DNA of 63,910 bases, filler included, from Myxococcota bacterium (lineage in GTDB: Bacteria; Myxococcota; Myxococcia; Myxococcales; Myxococcaceae), in the NCBI GenBank assembly GCA_049322255.1. It is 18 parts of 18 records of this genome, joined end to end, with 100 filler letters (N's around TTAATTAATTAA, not from the genome) between each part and the next. Parts side by side here need not be neighbours in the genome. Positions count along the whole stretch, not along the records: positions 29,366 to 32,984 come from JBMORE010000024.1; positions 33,085 to 36,642 come from JBMORE010000027.1; positions 36,743 to 40,210 come from JBMORE010000033.1; positions 40,311 to 43,772 come from JBMORE010000034.1; 14 more parts are not named here. One strand, written 5' to 3'. A program made the position numbers and the translations under genes. Shown piece after piece: positions 30,508-40,735 of this stretch. Each line of letters opens with the position of its first letter. The stretch's first letter is position 1. Below the pieces are notes generated by a model. It was given only the letters and a program-made list of their open reading frames with translations, ran no database searches and was not told the origin of the DNA.

Positions 30508-31944
30508 CTATTGGCCCGGCGAGCGGTCGTTTCCTGGGGTCGCGCTGGGCGCTAACGCCGGCAGAGCGCCTTCACCGAGCGGCGGGGGTGTTTGCCCGTT
30601 GAAGACACGCCGCCCCTCCAGGGTGAGCTCCCACGTCAAGCCACGTTTGCTCAGCTCGGCGCTATAGATGGAGTCTGCCCGCATGAGGCGAGACACCAGG
30701 GTGGCGACGCCGGTGGCGAGCAAGAGCGGAACGACAATCGCGTAGTCACCCGAGAGCTCGAAGACGAGCACGGCGGCCATCATCGGTGCGTGCGTCGTCG
30801 CCGCGGTCATCGCCGCCATCCCCACCAGCGCGTAGGCTCCCGGGCCCCCCAGGGGAGAGGTGCCCAAAAGCGCCGCGAGCACCTGCTGAAAACAAATGCC
30901 TACCGCGGCCCCCAGGAACAAGGTGGGGGTGAACACGCCTCCCGGGCTGCCGGAGGACACGGAGGCAGTGGTGGCGAAGGATTTGGCCGCCAAGAGCCAC
31001 ACCACCACTCCCAGCGGAATCGCCCCGTCGAGCATCGCGTTCAGTGGCTCGTACCCGTTGCCGGTGACCTGCGGAAGCCAGATGGCCACCACGCCGACGA
31101 GAAGCCCCCCGAGCGCGGCGCGCCACGGCTGCGGCAGGCGCGACCGGTCGAAGAGGCTCTCACCCGCCGACAAGAGCCGCATGAAGCCCTGGGCGGCGAG
31201 CGCAGCGACCAGGCCGAGCAGCGCGTACCCGAGAAGCTCCCCGGAGCCGACCAGGCTGAAGGTGCGCTGCCCGTAAATGGGCCCTCCCCCCACCACGGCC
31301 TTGGTCATCGCCGTCGCCAGGGCGGTGGCGACCACGGTGCTCAAGACGGCGTCCATGGCGACGATGCCGGTGACGACCTCGAGGACGAAGAGAATCGCCG
31401 CCAGCGGAGTGTTGTACGCCGCGGCGAACCCGGCGGCAGTCCCCGCGGCCATCAAGGCGCGCGCGCGGTTCTCGTCCACTCCGAAGAGGCGGCCGGCGAC
31501 ACCTCCCAAGGCGCCGCCGAATTGGATGAGCGGCCCCTCTCGACCGACGGAGCCGCCGGTGACGATGGCGAACCAAGAACCCACCGACTTGAGCAACGTG
31601 GTGCCCATGGAGAGCCGCACCCGGCCGAACACCACCGCCTCCATGACGTCGCCCACCCCTTGTCCTCGTCCGACCCGCGCCATCACCAGCGCCGCCCCGC
31701 CCGCGAGTAGCCCTCCGAAGGCGGGGAGCAGCAGCCGCAGCGCGACCGGCAGCCTCTGGAACATGGACACCACGTCTGCAGCGCCCGAGCTCACGCTGAA
31801 GGCAAGGCTCAACAGCCAGCGGAAAGCGATGGCGAACAGCGCAGCTCCCAACGCGACCGTCAGGAGCGCACAGAAGTAGCGGAAGGCCGCGCGTGCTCGA
31901 AGGGCCACCGAAAGCGCACCCGCAAGGGAAGAAGGTTCCACCAA
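30508..31944 (-). CDS. ClC-family chloride channel / Cl-/H+ antiporter
   Basis: GGSVGREGP (gating Glu); FVLEV; GGVFTPTLFLG; THAPM..AVLVFELSG; no CBS domains. Confidence 0.92.
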   Translation of the reverse strand: MVEPSSLAGALSVALRARAAFRYFCALLTVALGAALFAIAFRWLLSLAFSVSSGAADVVSMFQRLPVALRLLLPAFGGLLAGGAALVMARVGRGQGVGDVMEAVVFGRVRLSMGTTLLKSVGSWFAIVTGGSVGREGPLIQFGGALGGVAGRLFGVDENRARALMAAGTAAGFAAAYNTPLAAILFVLEVVTGIVAMDAVLSTVVATALATAMTKAVVGGGPIYGQRTFSLVGSGELLGYALLGLVAALAAQGFMRLLSAGESLFDRSRLPQPWRAALGGLLVGVVAIWLPQVTGNGYEPLNAMLDGAIPLGVVVWLLAAKSFATTASVSSGSPGGVFTPTLFLGAAVGICFQQVLAALLGTSPLGGPGAYALVGMAAMTAATTHAPMMAAVLVFELSGDYAIVVPLLLATGVATLVSRLMRADSIYSAELSKRGLTWELTLEGRRVFNGQTPPPLGEGALPALAPSATPGNDRSPGQ

Positions 31945-31986
31945 GCCGAAGATACCAGAGCGGATTTTTCGCCCGCGGCCGCTCCC

Positions 31987-32724
31987 TCAGCGACCGTTCA
32001 GGCGCGCACGGCCGAGGAGAACCAGCGTCCAAAGGAGCAGCAGGACGAAGCCGAGCGGCAAACCGGCGGCGGCGGAGCACCCTCCGCCTTGAATGCCTCC
32101 GCTTTGGCTGCCGGGCGCGGGCTCGAGGTAAGGGTCGACGAAGGTGACTCCCCCATCCCCCGTTCCGCCTTCCCCGCCGCCGTCTCCTCCCCCGGCGTCG
32201 GCCCCCGCATCGGGAACGGGAAAGTTGACGGTCACCATCAATGGCGCTGCCAGCGCCGAGTTGTCGCCGTTTCTCGTGCCGTCGTTGTTGACCGAGTTTC
32301 CGCGGGCCACGAGAGTGAACGTGCCGGCGTCGTTCGGCGCGCGAACGGGGAAGATGAACTGGGCGATGCCGTTGGCGAAGGCCAGCGGAGCCTGGTGGGT
32401 GACTTGGTTGTCCATCACCCGTGAGCCCGTACCCGCCATCACCACGGCGAGCGGGGTGCTGACTGCCGCGTTGAACCCTCCGGCGTTGGCCGCCCCACCC
32501 GCGATGGTCACGGTGTACATGTTGGTCGAGCCGGTGACGACGGAGATGGGGCCCGTCACGGTGACGGTCGGGGCCCCGCCGCCCGTGTGACAGTCGTTGC
32601 AGTTGGGCGGAGTGGCGACTCCTCCGTCGAGGGTGGTGACGCCGTTCATGCGCGCCCAGGCGCTGCCTGCCACCAGGGCTGTGACCAGCCAGAGGGCTCG
32701 CGTCATCGCGAAGGCGTAGTTCAA
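31987..32724 (-). CDS. MYXO-CTERM-anchored monoheme CxxCH/Reeler-like (MXAN_6652-like) protein
   Basis: Signal peptide; CNDCH; QVTH; DAG/DGG-rich linker; GGGCSAAAG + TM + RAR; paralog of the N-terminus of 1413-2906. Confidence 0.8.
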   Translation of the reverse strand: MNYAFAMTRALWLVTALVAGSAWARMNGVTTLDGGVATPPNCNDCHTGGGAPTVTVTGPISVVTGSTNMYTVTIAGGAANAGGFNAAVSTPLAVVMAGTGSRVMDNQVTHQAPLAFANGIAQFIFPVRAPNDAGTFTLVARGNSVNNDGTRNGDNSALAAPLMVTVNFPVPDAGADAGGGDGGGEGGTGDGGVTFVDPYLEPAPGSQSGGIQGGGCSAAAGLPLGFVLLLLWTLVLLGRARLNGR

Positions 32725-32838
32725 GACGCATGCCCAAAAGAGTCAATGCCCTCGGTGGGCACTGCACCTACCGGAGCCGGACGAAACCTGTGCACCGCGG
32801 AGGTCAGTGGAGCAGACCGGCGCACCCACTTCTCGACA

Positions 32839-32872
32839 CCCCTCACCCTTGCCCTCTCCCATTGGGAGAGGG
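32839..32872 (+). repeat. BoxC-like palindromic repeat, intergenic copy
   Basis: CCCCTCACCCTTGCCCTCTCCC-ATT-GGGAGAGGG. Confidence 0.65.
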
Positions 32873-33084
32873 GTGCTTGGCCTCGGCATCTTTGCTAGAG
32901 GTTCGGGGCCCATGAACCCCGCGCTCACCTTCGTCCTTCTCGCCGCCGCCGGCATCTTCTTCGCCGTCACCATGTACTGGCGTCNNNNNNNNNNNNNNNN
33001 NNNNNNNNNNNNNNNNNNNNNNNNNNNNTTAATTAATTAANNNNNNNNNNNNNNNNNNNNNNNNNNNNNNNNNNNNNNNNNNNN

Positions 33085-34797
33085 GAGTACCTCGCCGACG
33101 TCGGGTTCGACGACCTAGGCATGTCTCCCGAGCTGCGCCGGGCGGTGGCCGAGCGGGGGTACCAGCACCCGACCCCCGTACAGGCCAAGGCCTTCCGCCC
33201 GGTGGTCGAAGGGCGCGACCTCATCGTGCGCTCGAAGACCGGCACCGGGAAAACCGCCGCCTTCGGGCTACCGGTGCTCGAGCGCATCGCCAACGGCGAG
33301 CGGCAGGTGCGGGCGCTGGTCTTGTGCCCCACCCGCGAGCTGGCGCTCCAAGTGCAGACCGAAATTTCCGAGCTGGCCAAGTACAAGGACATTCGGGTGG
33401 CCGCCATCTACGGCGGTGCGTCAATGAAGGGGCAGGAGGACGACCTCCAGCATGGCTCGGCCATCGTCGTCGGCACCCCAGGGCGCGTCTACGACCACAT
33501 TCGCCGCAAGAACTTGAAGCTCGACGGCTGCCGCATCGGCGTGCTCGATGAGGCCGACGAGATGCTCAACCAGGGCTTCTACGAGGAAGTCACCCGCATC
33601 CTCGACCAGCTGCCCAAGGACCGGCAGGTGTTGCTCTTCTCCGCCACCGTCCCCGAGGACATTCAGCGCCTCATCGCCCAGTACACCACCAACGCTGAGA
33701 CGCTCCTCCTCTCCGGCGACGTCTACACCGTCGAGCACATCCACCACGTGCGCTACGAGGTGAGCGAGGCCTACCCCAAGCCGCGCAACCTCATCTACGT
33801 GCTGGAGATGGAGGAACCGGAGAACGCCATCATCTTCTGCAACACCCGCGACGACACCGAGCTGGTGACCGCGGTGCTCAACCGCAACGGCTTCGACGCC
33901 GAGCTTCTCAACGGGGACTTGCCGCAGAAAGAACGCGAGCGGGTGATGGGCAAGGTCAAGCGCGGCGAGGTGGCCTTCATGGTCGCTACCGATCTGGCGG
34001 CGCGCGGAATCGACATCTCCGACTTAGGCCACGTCATCAACTACTCCCTCCCCGAAGACCCGGCGGTCTACCTGCACCGAGTGGGGCGCACCGGTCGCAT
34101 CGGCAAAAAGGGCGTCGCCTTGAACCTCACCTCCGGGCGCGAGCTGGCCACCCTCACCGCGCTGGAGAAGAAGTACGGCATCGTCTTCGACAAGCGGCCC
34201 ATGCCCACGCCCGAGGAGGCCTTGCGGTTGTGGACCGAGCGCCACGTGCGCCAAATCAAGGAAGGCGCCGCGGGAGCAGTGTACGAGGGCTACCTGGGGC
34301 TTGCGGGCGGGCTCAAGGGGCGCGCCGACGCCGACGACCTCATTGCCTTCTTGCTCAAGTACTACTTCTCCCACCATCGGGTGGAGAAGCTCGCCGCCTT
34401 GCGCGAGAAGGAGCGCGAGGAGCGCCGGCCGCGCACCGAGGGCCGGGAGCGGCGCGAGCGGGGGCCACGGGAAGAGCGCCGCCCGGAGCGTTCGGCCCAG
34501 CCCCGCCGGGAAGAGCGGCCCCGCCGCGAGAGGCGTCCGCGCAGCGAGTCTCCAGCGCCTGCGGAAGGACAAGCGCGGCTGTGGGTGAGCCTGGGGAAGA
34601 ACGACCAGCTCGACGAGGCCGGAGTCACCTCGGCGCTGGAGGCGATGGGAGCTCCGGCGGGCAAAGTGGCAAGGGTGGAGCTTCGGCAAACCTATTCGTA
34701 CGTGTTCGTCGCCGACGTCGACGTGCCCGCGTTCGAGGCCGCCAGCGGCAAGAAACACGGCGAGCGCGACGTGAAGGTCGAGCGCGCCCGGAAGTAA
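33085..34797 (+). CDS. DEAD-box RNA helicase with C-terminal DbpA-type RNA-binding domain (5'-truncated)
   Basis: PTPVQ; SKTGTGKT; PTRELA; DEAD; SAT; ARGID; HRVGRTGR; C-terminal RLWVSLGKND...VERAR. Confidence 0.95.
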   Translation, partial: EYLADVGFDDLGMSPELRRAVAERGYQHPTPVQAKAFRPVVEGRDLIVRSKTGTGKTAAFGLPVLERIANGERQVRALVLCPTRELALQVQTEISELAKYKDIRVAAIYGGASMKGQEDDLQHGSAIVVGTPGRVYDHIRRKNLKLDGCRIGVLDEADEMLNQGFYEEVTRILDQLPKDRQVLLFSATVPEDIQRLIAQYTTNAETLLLSGDVYTVEHIHHVRYEVSEAYPKPRNLIYVLEMEEPENAIIFCNTRDDTELVTAVLNRNGFDAELLNGDLPQKERERVMGKVKRGEVAFMVATDLAARGIDISDLGHVINYSLPEDPAVYLHRVGRTGRIGKKGVALNLTSGRELATLTALEKKYGIVFDKRPMPTPEEALRLWTERHVRQIKEGAAGAVYEGYLGLAGGLKGRADADDLIAFLLKYYFSHHRVEKLAALREKEREERRPRTEGRERRERGPREERRPERSAQPRREERPRRERRPRSESPAPAEGQARLWVSLGKNDQLDEAGVTSALEAMGAPAGKVARVELRQTYSYVFVADVDVPAFEAASGKKHGERDVKVERARK

Positions 34798-34931
34798 CCC
34801 CAACACAATTGCACCCAGAATCACCCGCGCCCCTGTCGCTCCTAGGAGCGCTGTCCGCAACGGGCCATTCTGGGTGCATTTATGTTGGCATCCCCAGCCG
34901 CTCCGGCCGCACGTGGTAGGGTCCGCCGCCG

Positions 34932-35543
34932 ATGCGGCCCACTTTCTGTGCGCTCCTTTTACTGAGCTGCTCTCCGCCAGAACGGGGGTGCGCCGACGGC
35001 GGCGAGTGCACCACCCTGGCCACCGACGGCGGAGGCATCTGCAAAGGCGATGGCGTCGCCAGCCCGCCCAATCTCCTCGACAATCCCGGCTTCGAGTGTG
35101 GTGCGCCCTCCGGCTGGTTTGCGCAGAACGGGACGCTCACCGCCGAGACAGCCATCGTGCACGGCGGCGCCCAGGCGGCCAAGCTGACGGCGAGCGCGGG
35201 TTCGGCCGCGAGCCTGTGGCACGAGGCGGACGCGGTGCAAAATCCTGCCAACCGCACCTATTGCGCTCGCGCCTGGATGCGCGGCACCGCTGCCAATGGG
35301 CGCATCACCGTGCGCAAGGTCGCCACCGGCGGCGGGGTAGACGAGAACTTCTCCTCTCCTTTGAGCAACACCAGCTGGACCTTGGTGCCGCCCGCCTCCT
35401 ACGGACCGCTGAAGGTGGTGGGCAGCGGCGAGGAGCGCTTCCTCTTGCGGATATGGATTCCGTCACCCAACGCGGGCGAGGTGCTCTGGGTCGACGACGT
35501 CGAGCTGTGGCACTCCGCCAACGGCACGTGCAGCGAGCGCTGA
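34932..35543 (+). CDS. Lipoprotein with carbohydrate-binding (CBM4/9-like) domain
   Basis: Lipobox LLSC; NLLDNPGFE; VHGGAQA; LWVDDVEL. Confidence 0.7.
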   Translation: MRPTFCALLLLSCSPPERGCADGGECTTLATDGGGICKGDGVASPPNLLDNPGFECGAPSGWFAQNGTLTAETAIVHGGAQAAKLTASAGSAASLWHEADAVQNPANRTYCARAWMRGTAANGRITVRKVATGGGVDENFSSPLSNTSWTLVPPASYGPLKVVGSGEERFLLRIWIPSPNAGEVLWVDDVELWHSANGTCSER

Positions 35544-35554
35544 CGAACGGCAGG

Positions 35555-35989
35555 TCAGGAAATCATCGCGCGGAGCAACAGCCCGAACAAACCAAGCGCC
35601 CCGAGGGTAAACGCGAGCACCAACCATTTGGGCGCCCCGTGGCGCTCCCGTGCGTCCTCGGCGAAGAGCGGATGCTGGGCGAAGGTGGTCCACCCGCTGC
35701 CGTCGTCAACCAGGTCGCTGGGCTCGAGCTTGCCTGCGCGCAAGAGCTCCCGCAGCTCCTCGACCTCGGCCTCGCCCTCCTCGACACTCACCTGGCGGGG
35801 TGCGGAAACCACCCCAGCAATTGCCCCACCCAACTCCGCCCACCCCGCGTTGCTTCGTGCCGTCGCCCAAGGGACGTACTTCTGCCGATGGCGATGGTCC
35901 TCCTCCTCCCGTCGGCGGGCGTCGGCCGCCACCGCTGCCACTGCCTTGGGGTCGAACTTCGAGGAAAGGTTGCGGTAGCGCAGCTTCAT
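35555..35989 (-). CDS. Hypothetical protein with GYF_2-like segment and C-terminal TM
   Basis: ELRELLRAGKLEPSDLV...GW; hydrophobic C-terminus. Confidence 0.5.
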   Translation of the reverse strand: MKLRYRNLSSKFDPKAVAAVAADARRREEEDHRHRQKYVPWATARSNAGWAELGGAIAGVVSAPRQVSVEEGEAEVEELRELLRAGKLEPSDLVDDGSGWTTFAQHPLFAEDARERHGAPKWLVLAFTLGALGLFGLLLRAMIS

Positions 35990-36020
35990 CGTCGAGAGGC
36001 TGACATACTCGCGCGCCAGC

Positions 36021-36642
36021 ATGCACCACCTAAGACTTCTGACCACCCTCTTTGCCCTTCTCTCCTCCCTGGGCTTCGCCGCTGACCCCTGCCCCCGGCC
36101 CGCCAAGCGCTCCACCTTGACGCTTCAGGAGGCGGCGCAGCAGGACGAGATGCTCGCCTTGACTTTGGAGAAGGCCTCGAAGGAGTGCCAAAGCGGCGCT
36201 CCGGCCGCCTGTGCCGACGCCCGGCAGCGGTGCAGCTCGCAGCAAACTTTCGTTTCCGAGCGCGCCCCTCGCCGCGACGTGACCGCCTTCCTCGGAGACT
36301 TGCAAGGCGGGTGGCTGGGTGAGCGCTACGAGCCCTCGGAGGACTTCAGCCGCGGCATCGTCGACCGCCCCGTCCCCTGCGAGGCTCACCCTGCGTCGCT
36401 GCTCGCCGCTGCCCAAGAGCGCAAGCAATCTTCCCAACGCCGCCGCCGCCTCGTCGCCGAGTACGAGCGCTGGTTCCAGTGGGCCGAAGGGGTGCAGGCG
36501 CGCTGCTTTTCCGCCCTGGAAGACGCGCAGCGCAGCGCCGCCGCGGCCCAGGAGCGCGCTCGCCAAGAAGCCGAGGAGAAGACCCGCGCCGAAAACGAGC
36601 GCCGCGAGAAGGAGCGTCAAGCCCAAGAGGCCGCCCGGCGCG
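36021..36642 (+). CDS. Secreted Cys-containing coiled-coil hypothetical protein (3'-truncated)
   Basis: Signal peptide; charged helical C-terminus runs into the linker. Confidence 0.55.
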
Positions 36643-36742
36643 NNNNNNNNNNNNNNNNNNNNNNNNNNNNNNNNNNNNNNNNNNNNTTAATTAATTAANN
36701 NNNNNNNNNNNNNNNNNNNNNNNNNNNNNNNNNNNNNNNNNN

Positions 36743-37458
36743 TGGGTGCCTCCTACGTGGTCAGCGGCCGGCTGGATCGCCTCGGCGATGCGCTGGTGCT
36801 CAACGTCACCCTCTACGACTCGCGGCGCGGAGTCGCGCTCGCCAAGCCCAGCGTTCAGGTGGCCGGGGTCGAGGAGCTACCCATCGCGGTCGAGAAGGTG
36901 GCAGGAGAGATTCACCGGGCGCTCGAGGTTCGTGCACCGCCGACCGCAGCCCCGGCGACGGGCGGCAGACGCGGCTTCGTCTTGGGGATGAAGGTGGGCA
37001 ATCAGTTCTTGCTCAGTCTCACCGCGCTCAGCCCGGGCGGAGACATCGACCTTGGCTACCGCTTCGATGAGGAGTGGGTCGCTTTTCTCCAGCTCGGCTT
37101 CAACGCGGTCTTCGCAGGAGAGGGCGACCGCACCGCGCAGCTGTCGCTTTTTCCCAGCGCGGTGGGCGCGCGCAAGCTCTATCGCGTGGACAGGGCCTTT
37201 CAGCCCTATTGGGCGCTGGGTTTGGGCCTGCAGCTCTCCATCGGGGACTTCGCCTTGGTCACCGACACCCAGGGCTTTCCCACCGTGCTGGGCATGGCAG
37301 GCTTCCATTACATGCTCAACAAGCACCTCGGCCTCACGGTGGACGCGTCGACCAACGTCGCGCAGACTCTCCTCGGGTTTCGTCGCCACCCGGGAGAATC
37401 CAACGTCGGAGCCGGGCTCAACTTCGATCTGAGCGTGGGCTTCACCTACCGATTCTGA
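36743..37458 (+). CDS. Hypothetical protein with C-terminal outer-membrane beta-barrel (5'-truncated)
   Basis: Alternating beta strands and terminal FDLSVGFTYRF (aromatic last residue, BAM-type signal). Confidence 0.65.
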
Positions 37459-37460
37459 CG

Positions 37461-38576
37461 ATGCGAGCGCTCGCGGCCATCTGGGCGGTGATGTTGGTGG
37501 GCTGCCCGTCCAAGCCCGACCCCACGGCCCAGGCCGATGGGCTGTACCTCGCTGGCCAAACCGCCTTCTTGCAGGGCGACTTTGCCACGGCCCACGCGCA
37601 CTTCGCAGAGGTGAAAAAGCTCGCCCCGAACGATGCCCGGCTTCCGGCGGCGGTGGGGGAGGTCTTCCTCGCACAGATGAAGCTGGCCGAAGCGCTGGAG
37701 CAGTTCCGCGTTGTAGCCAAGGCAGAGCCCGGTCGTGCCACCACTTGGAGCCGTATCGGCTTCATCCTCGCGCTGCAGGGAAAGCCAGAGGAGGCGCGCG
37801 AGGCGCTGACGCGGGCGCTTTCGCTCAACCCGCAGGACTTCAACGCGCTGGAGCAAATCGCCGAGCTCGATCTCGAGTTGGGCAAGCTCGAGCCGGCGGT
37901 GAAAGGGTGGGTCGCCGCCGCAGAAGCAGCCCCGAATCCAGCGAACGTGTTCTTTTATCTGCGTGCCTCAGGCGAGCTGTCCAAGCGCGACCGGCATGCC
38001 GAGGCGCTGGCGGTGCTGGAGAAGGCGGCGGCCTCGGGGGTGAAGGCGAGCGAGCTGTTGTCCGAGCTGGGCGATTTGCTCGTGCGGGCGGGGCGGCTCT
38101 CCGACGCGGTGCGGGCGTACCGCGACGCAGCTTCCACCAGCACCGACCCGACGCTCTGGGAGCTGGTGGGAGAGCTCGAGGCGCGGTTGGAACGTCCTTT
38201 GGAAGCGGAAGCGGCCTTTCGCAAGTCGCTTTCGGTGAAGGACCGAGGGGTGGTGCACGTGGCCTTGGCCCGCCTGTGCCTGACCCGAAAGGACGAGCCC
38301 TGCGCGCAGCAAGAGCTTACGCAGGCGATGGCGAAGGCCACGGGAGAAGAGGTGCGCGAAACGCTCGACCTCGCCGATCTCCTCGTCGCCATGAAGCGTA
38401 AAGCAGATGCGCTGACGCTCCTTGCCTCGCTCTCGGAGGAGGCCGAGCTGGCGAAAGACACGGCCCTTCAGCTCAAGGTGGCGCGGCTCGCCAAGGAGCT
38501 GGGCAAAAAGGAAATCGTCTCCGCCGCGTGCGCGCGTGCGCAGGCCACCGACGCCGGGGTGACGCGCTGCCCGTAG
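37461..38576 (+). CDS. TPR-repeat lipoprotein
   Basis: Lipobox LVGC; multiple TPR motifs. Confidence 0.8.
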   Translation: MRALAAIWAVMLVGCPSKPDPTAQADGLYLAGQTAFLQGDFATAHAHFAEVKKLAPNDARLPAAVGEVFLAQMKLAEALEQFRVVAKAEPGRATTWSRIGFILALQGKPEEAREALTRALSLNPQDFNALEQIAELDLELGKLEPAVKGWVAAAEAAPNPANVFFYLRASGELSKRDRHAEALAVLEKAAASGVKASELLSELGDLLVRAGRLSDAVRAYRDAASTSTDPTLWELVGELEARLERPLEAEAAFRKSLSVKDRGVVHVALARLCLTRKDEPCAQQELTQAMAKATGEEVRETLDLADLLVAMKRKADALTLLASLSEEAELAKDTALQLKVARLAKELGKKEIVSAACARAQATDAGVTRCP

Positions 38577-38578
38577 GG

Positions 38579-39241
38579 CTACCGCTTGCCGCCAGGCACC
38601 TTCCGGTACACGCCCACCACCACTCCCAAGAGCATGGTGGAGCGGAACTGGGCCTTGTGCACGTAGATCGGCTCCATCTTGGAGTTGGCCGGCTGGAAGC
38701 GAATGCGATCGCCCTCGGGGTAGTAGCGCTTGACCGTGGCCTCGTCCTCGATGAGCGCGACGACGATCTCCCCCGGGCTCGCCGCAGGGGTCTTCTTCAC
38801 GAAGAGATAGTCGCCGTCGAAGATGCCGTCTTCGATCATCGACTCGCCCTTCACCCGTAAGGCGAAGATCTCTTTCCCGCTGCCTCCGAGGAGGAACGAA
38901 TCGATCTTCACCGAATCTTCCACGTTCTCGGTGGCGAGCAGCGGAGCGCCGGCGGCAACTTTACCGAGCAGCGGAACCTCGATCATGTTCGGGTCTTGCC
39001 GCTTGCCCAAGCCGAGCACCAACCGGGCACGCTTGGTCGGCACCAGCGCCCGGCTCTGTTGCTCGCCCCGGTTCAGATAGCCTTTGCGCTCCAGCGCTTT
39101 GAGGTGGTCGTTCACCCCGTTGGTGGAGCGAATGTCCATCTCCTCGCCAATTTCGCGGATGGTGGGGGGAAAGCCCCGGGTCTCGGTCTCCTTGAGGATG
39201 AAGCTCAAAATCTGGCGCTGGCGGTCGGTGAGCTCTTCCAT
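38579..39241 (-). CDS. lexA: SOS repressor LexA
   Basis: [33 protein letters not shown] cleavage site; VKGESM (Ser); ATVKR (Lys). Confidence 0.97.
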   Translation of the reverse strand: MEELTDRQRQILSFILKETETRGFPPTIREIGEEMDIRSTNGVNDHLKALERKGYLNRGEQQSRALVPTKRARLVLGLGKRQDPNMIEVPLLGKVAAGAPLLATENVEDSVKIDSFLLGGSGKEIFALRVKGESMIEDGIFDGDYLFVKKTPAASPGEIVVALIEDEATVKRYYPEGDRIRFQPANSKMEPIYVHKAQFRSTMLLGVVVGVYRKVPGGKR

Positions 39242-39282
39242 GCGGCCTCCGGTTGACGGAACGAGACAGGCGTACAGTGTTC

Positions 39283-39299
39283 CCTGAACGGACGTGTAG
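39283..39299 (-). promoter_or_regulatory. Myxococcus-type LexA (SOS) box
   Basis: Minus strand CTACACGTCCGTTCAGG matches CTRHAMRYBYGTTCAGS at all positions; abuts TTGACT; about 40 nt upstream of lexA. Confidence 0.88.
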
Positions 39300-39361
39300 A
39301 GTCAAGCTTTCGCCCGCGTGTCCGCTGGCTTCGCCGGCCCGACGAAAAGTAGAAGGGGGCT

Positions 39362-40210
39362 GTGAGCTCCTTGTCCGCCGGTCGGGCGCTGAAAATGGGC
39401 CTGTTGCAGGCGCTTTCCTTGTGGCCGGCGGCGTTGCTGCTCTTCCTCGTCTCGGCAGTGGAGGTGTTCGCCGGCTTCCTCATTCCATTGGGTATCGGGG
39501 CATGGTTGTTCGGCGCTGACCAGGCGCTCGTCCCCGCCCTGGGAGCATGGTTCGCTGTGTGGCTGGGGGCGCAGGTCTTGCGTGTCTTGGTACAGGGTGG
39601 CGCCGTTCGCCAGGGTGGGCGGCTGTGGAAGGGCGAGCCTCCCGGAGCCCTGAGCGCCCAGGCGCTGGCCGCCTCGCCGCGCTCGCTGAGCTACCTGTGC
39701 TGGATGGTGCCGATTGACTTGTTGGCGCTGGGGTGGCGTTGGGTGGCGCTTCTCGCCGCCGGTTGGGCGTACGGCCGTGCGTTCGCCGAAGGAGAGGGAG
39801 GCTTTTTCGCCGCCGGCAGCCTCGCCGCCGCGCTCGTGCTCGGGCTCTTCCTCGGGCTCGTCACCGGCACGTGGAAGCGCGCCGCGCTCGTGCGTGCGAT
39901 TCACCACGACCAAGGCGTGCTTGGCAGCCTCTACGACGCTGCGTGTGCGCTCTGCGTTCGCCTGTGGCCGCACCTGTTGCTCGTGGTCGTGTTCGGGCTC
40001 ATCGCTTTGGTCGGTGAAGCCACCTTCTCGAGCATGGCGAGCTTGGTGATCCGCCCCGTCCCCGGTGAGCTGCCGCCGCTGATGTTGGGCCTCGCCGGTC
40101 AGCTCGTCGCCGGGCTTTTGGGCTCGTTCGTGTCGGCGATCGTCGAGCTCGCCGCGCTGCAAGGTTTCCTCGCCCTTGCGCTGGACGAGCGCCACGAGCT
40201 GCCTGCTGCG
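39362..40210 (+). CDS. Multi-pass membrane hypothetical protein (3'-truncated)
   Basis: About 6 hydrophobic segments; no recognised motif. Confidence 0.6.
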
Positions 40211-40310
40211 NNNNNNNNNNNNNNNNNNNNNNNNNNNNNNNNNNNNNNNNNNNNTTAATTAATTAANNNNNNNNNNNNNNNNNNNNNNNNNNNNNNNNNN
40301 NNNNNNNNNN

Positions 40311-40454
40311 ATCCGCGCTCTTGCCTTGGAACGCTATCGACAGCCGCGTCGCGCACCGCTCCGCCTTCTCCGCGTCCATCGCGTTTTGCGCCCAGGCCGC
40401 TCCCGAGGCCATCACCGCCGCCGCCGTCAGAAGCTTCTTGCCGAGGTTCATCAT
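40311..40454 (-). CDS. Secreted hypothetical protein, N-terminal fragment
   Basis: RBS AGAAGGAGG; signal peptide ending AWA; AERCATRLSIAF. Confidence 0.6.
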
Positions 40455-40502
40455 GATTCGCCTTCCTTCTAAGGAATCCGCTCGCCTGCGTGCCGCTGCA
40501 GG

Positions 40503-40518
40503 AGCAACCCGCGTGCCG
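40503..40518 (-). promoter_or_regulatory. Sigma54 -24/-12 promoter
   Basis: Minus strand CGGCACGCGGGTTGCT = GGCACG-N4-TTGC, about 50 nt upstream of ATG 40454. Confidence 0.75.
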
Positions 40519-40735
40519 CCACGTCTGGCAGCCGTTTTTCAACCTCACTGCGCGGTTGCGCCTACCGAGGCACAGCTTGTCCGACATGGGGATGTCGAGG
40601 TTTTGCGGGCTTAGCTCCCCGTCGGTTTCGGACCTCGACTGCCCATTGGAGTAGACACGCTCCACCCTGATCGTCACGGGAGTGGGCAGTTTCGAATGGC
40701 CAGCGCGGGCCAAAAACGCGGTAGGTTTCGCGACT

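Noticed and set aside
30508..31944. ClC as a fluoride-specific CLC-F exporter with a fluoride riboswitch
   Set aside because: It has GREGP rather than the GREGT/GNNLI-type CLC-F signatures, and no riboswitch was recognised upstream.
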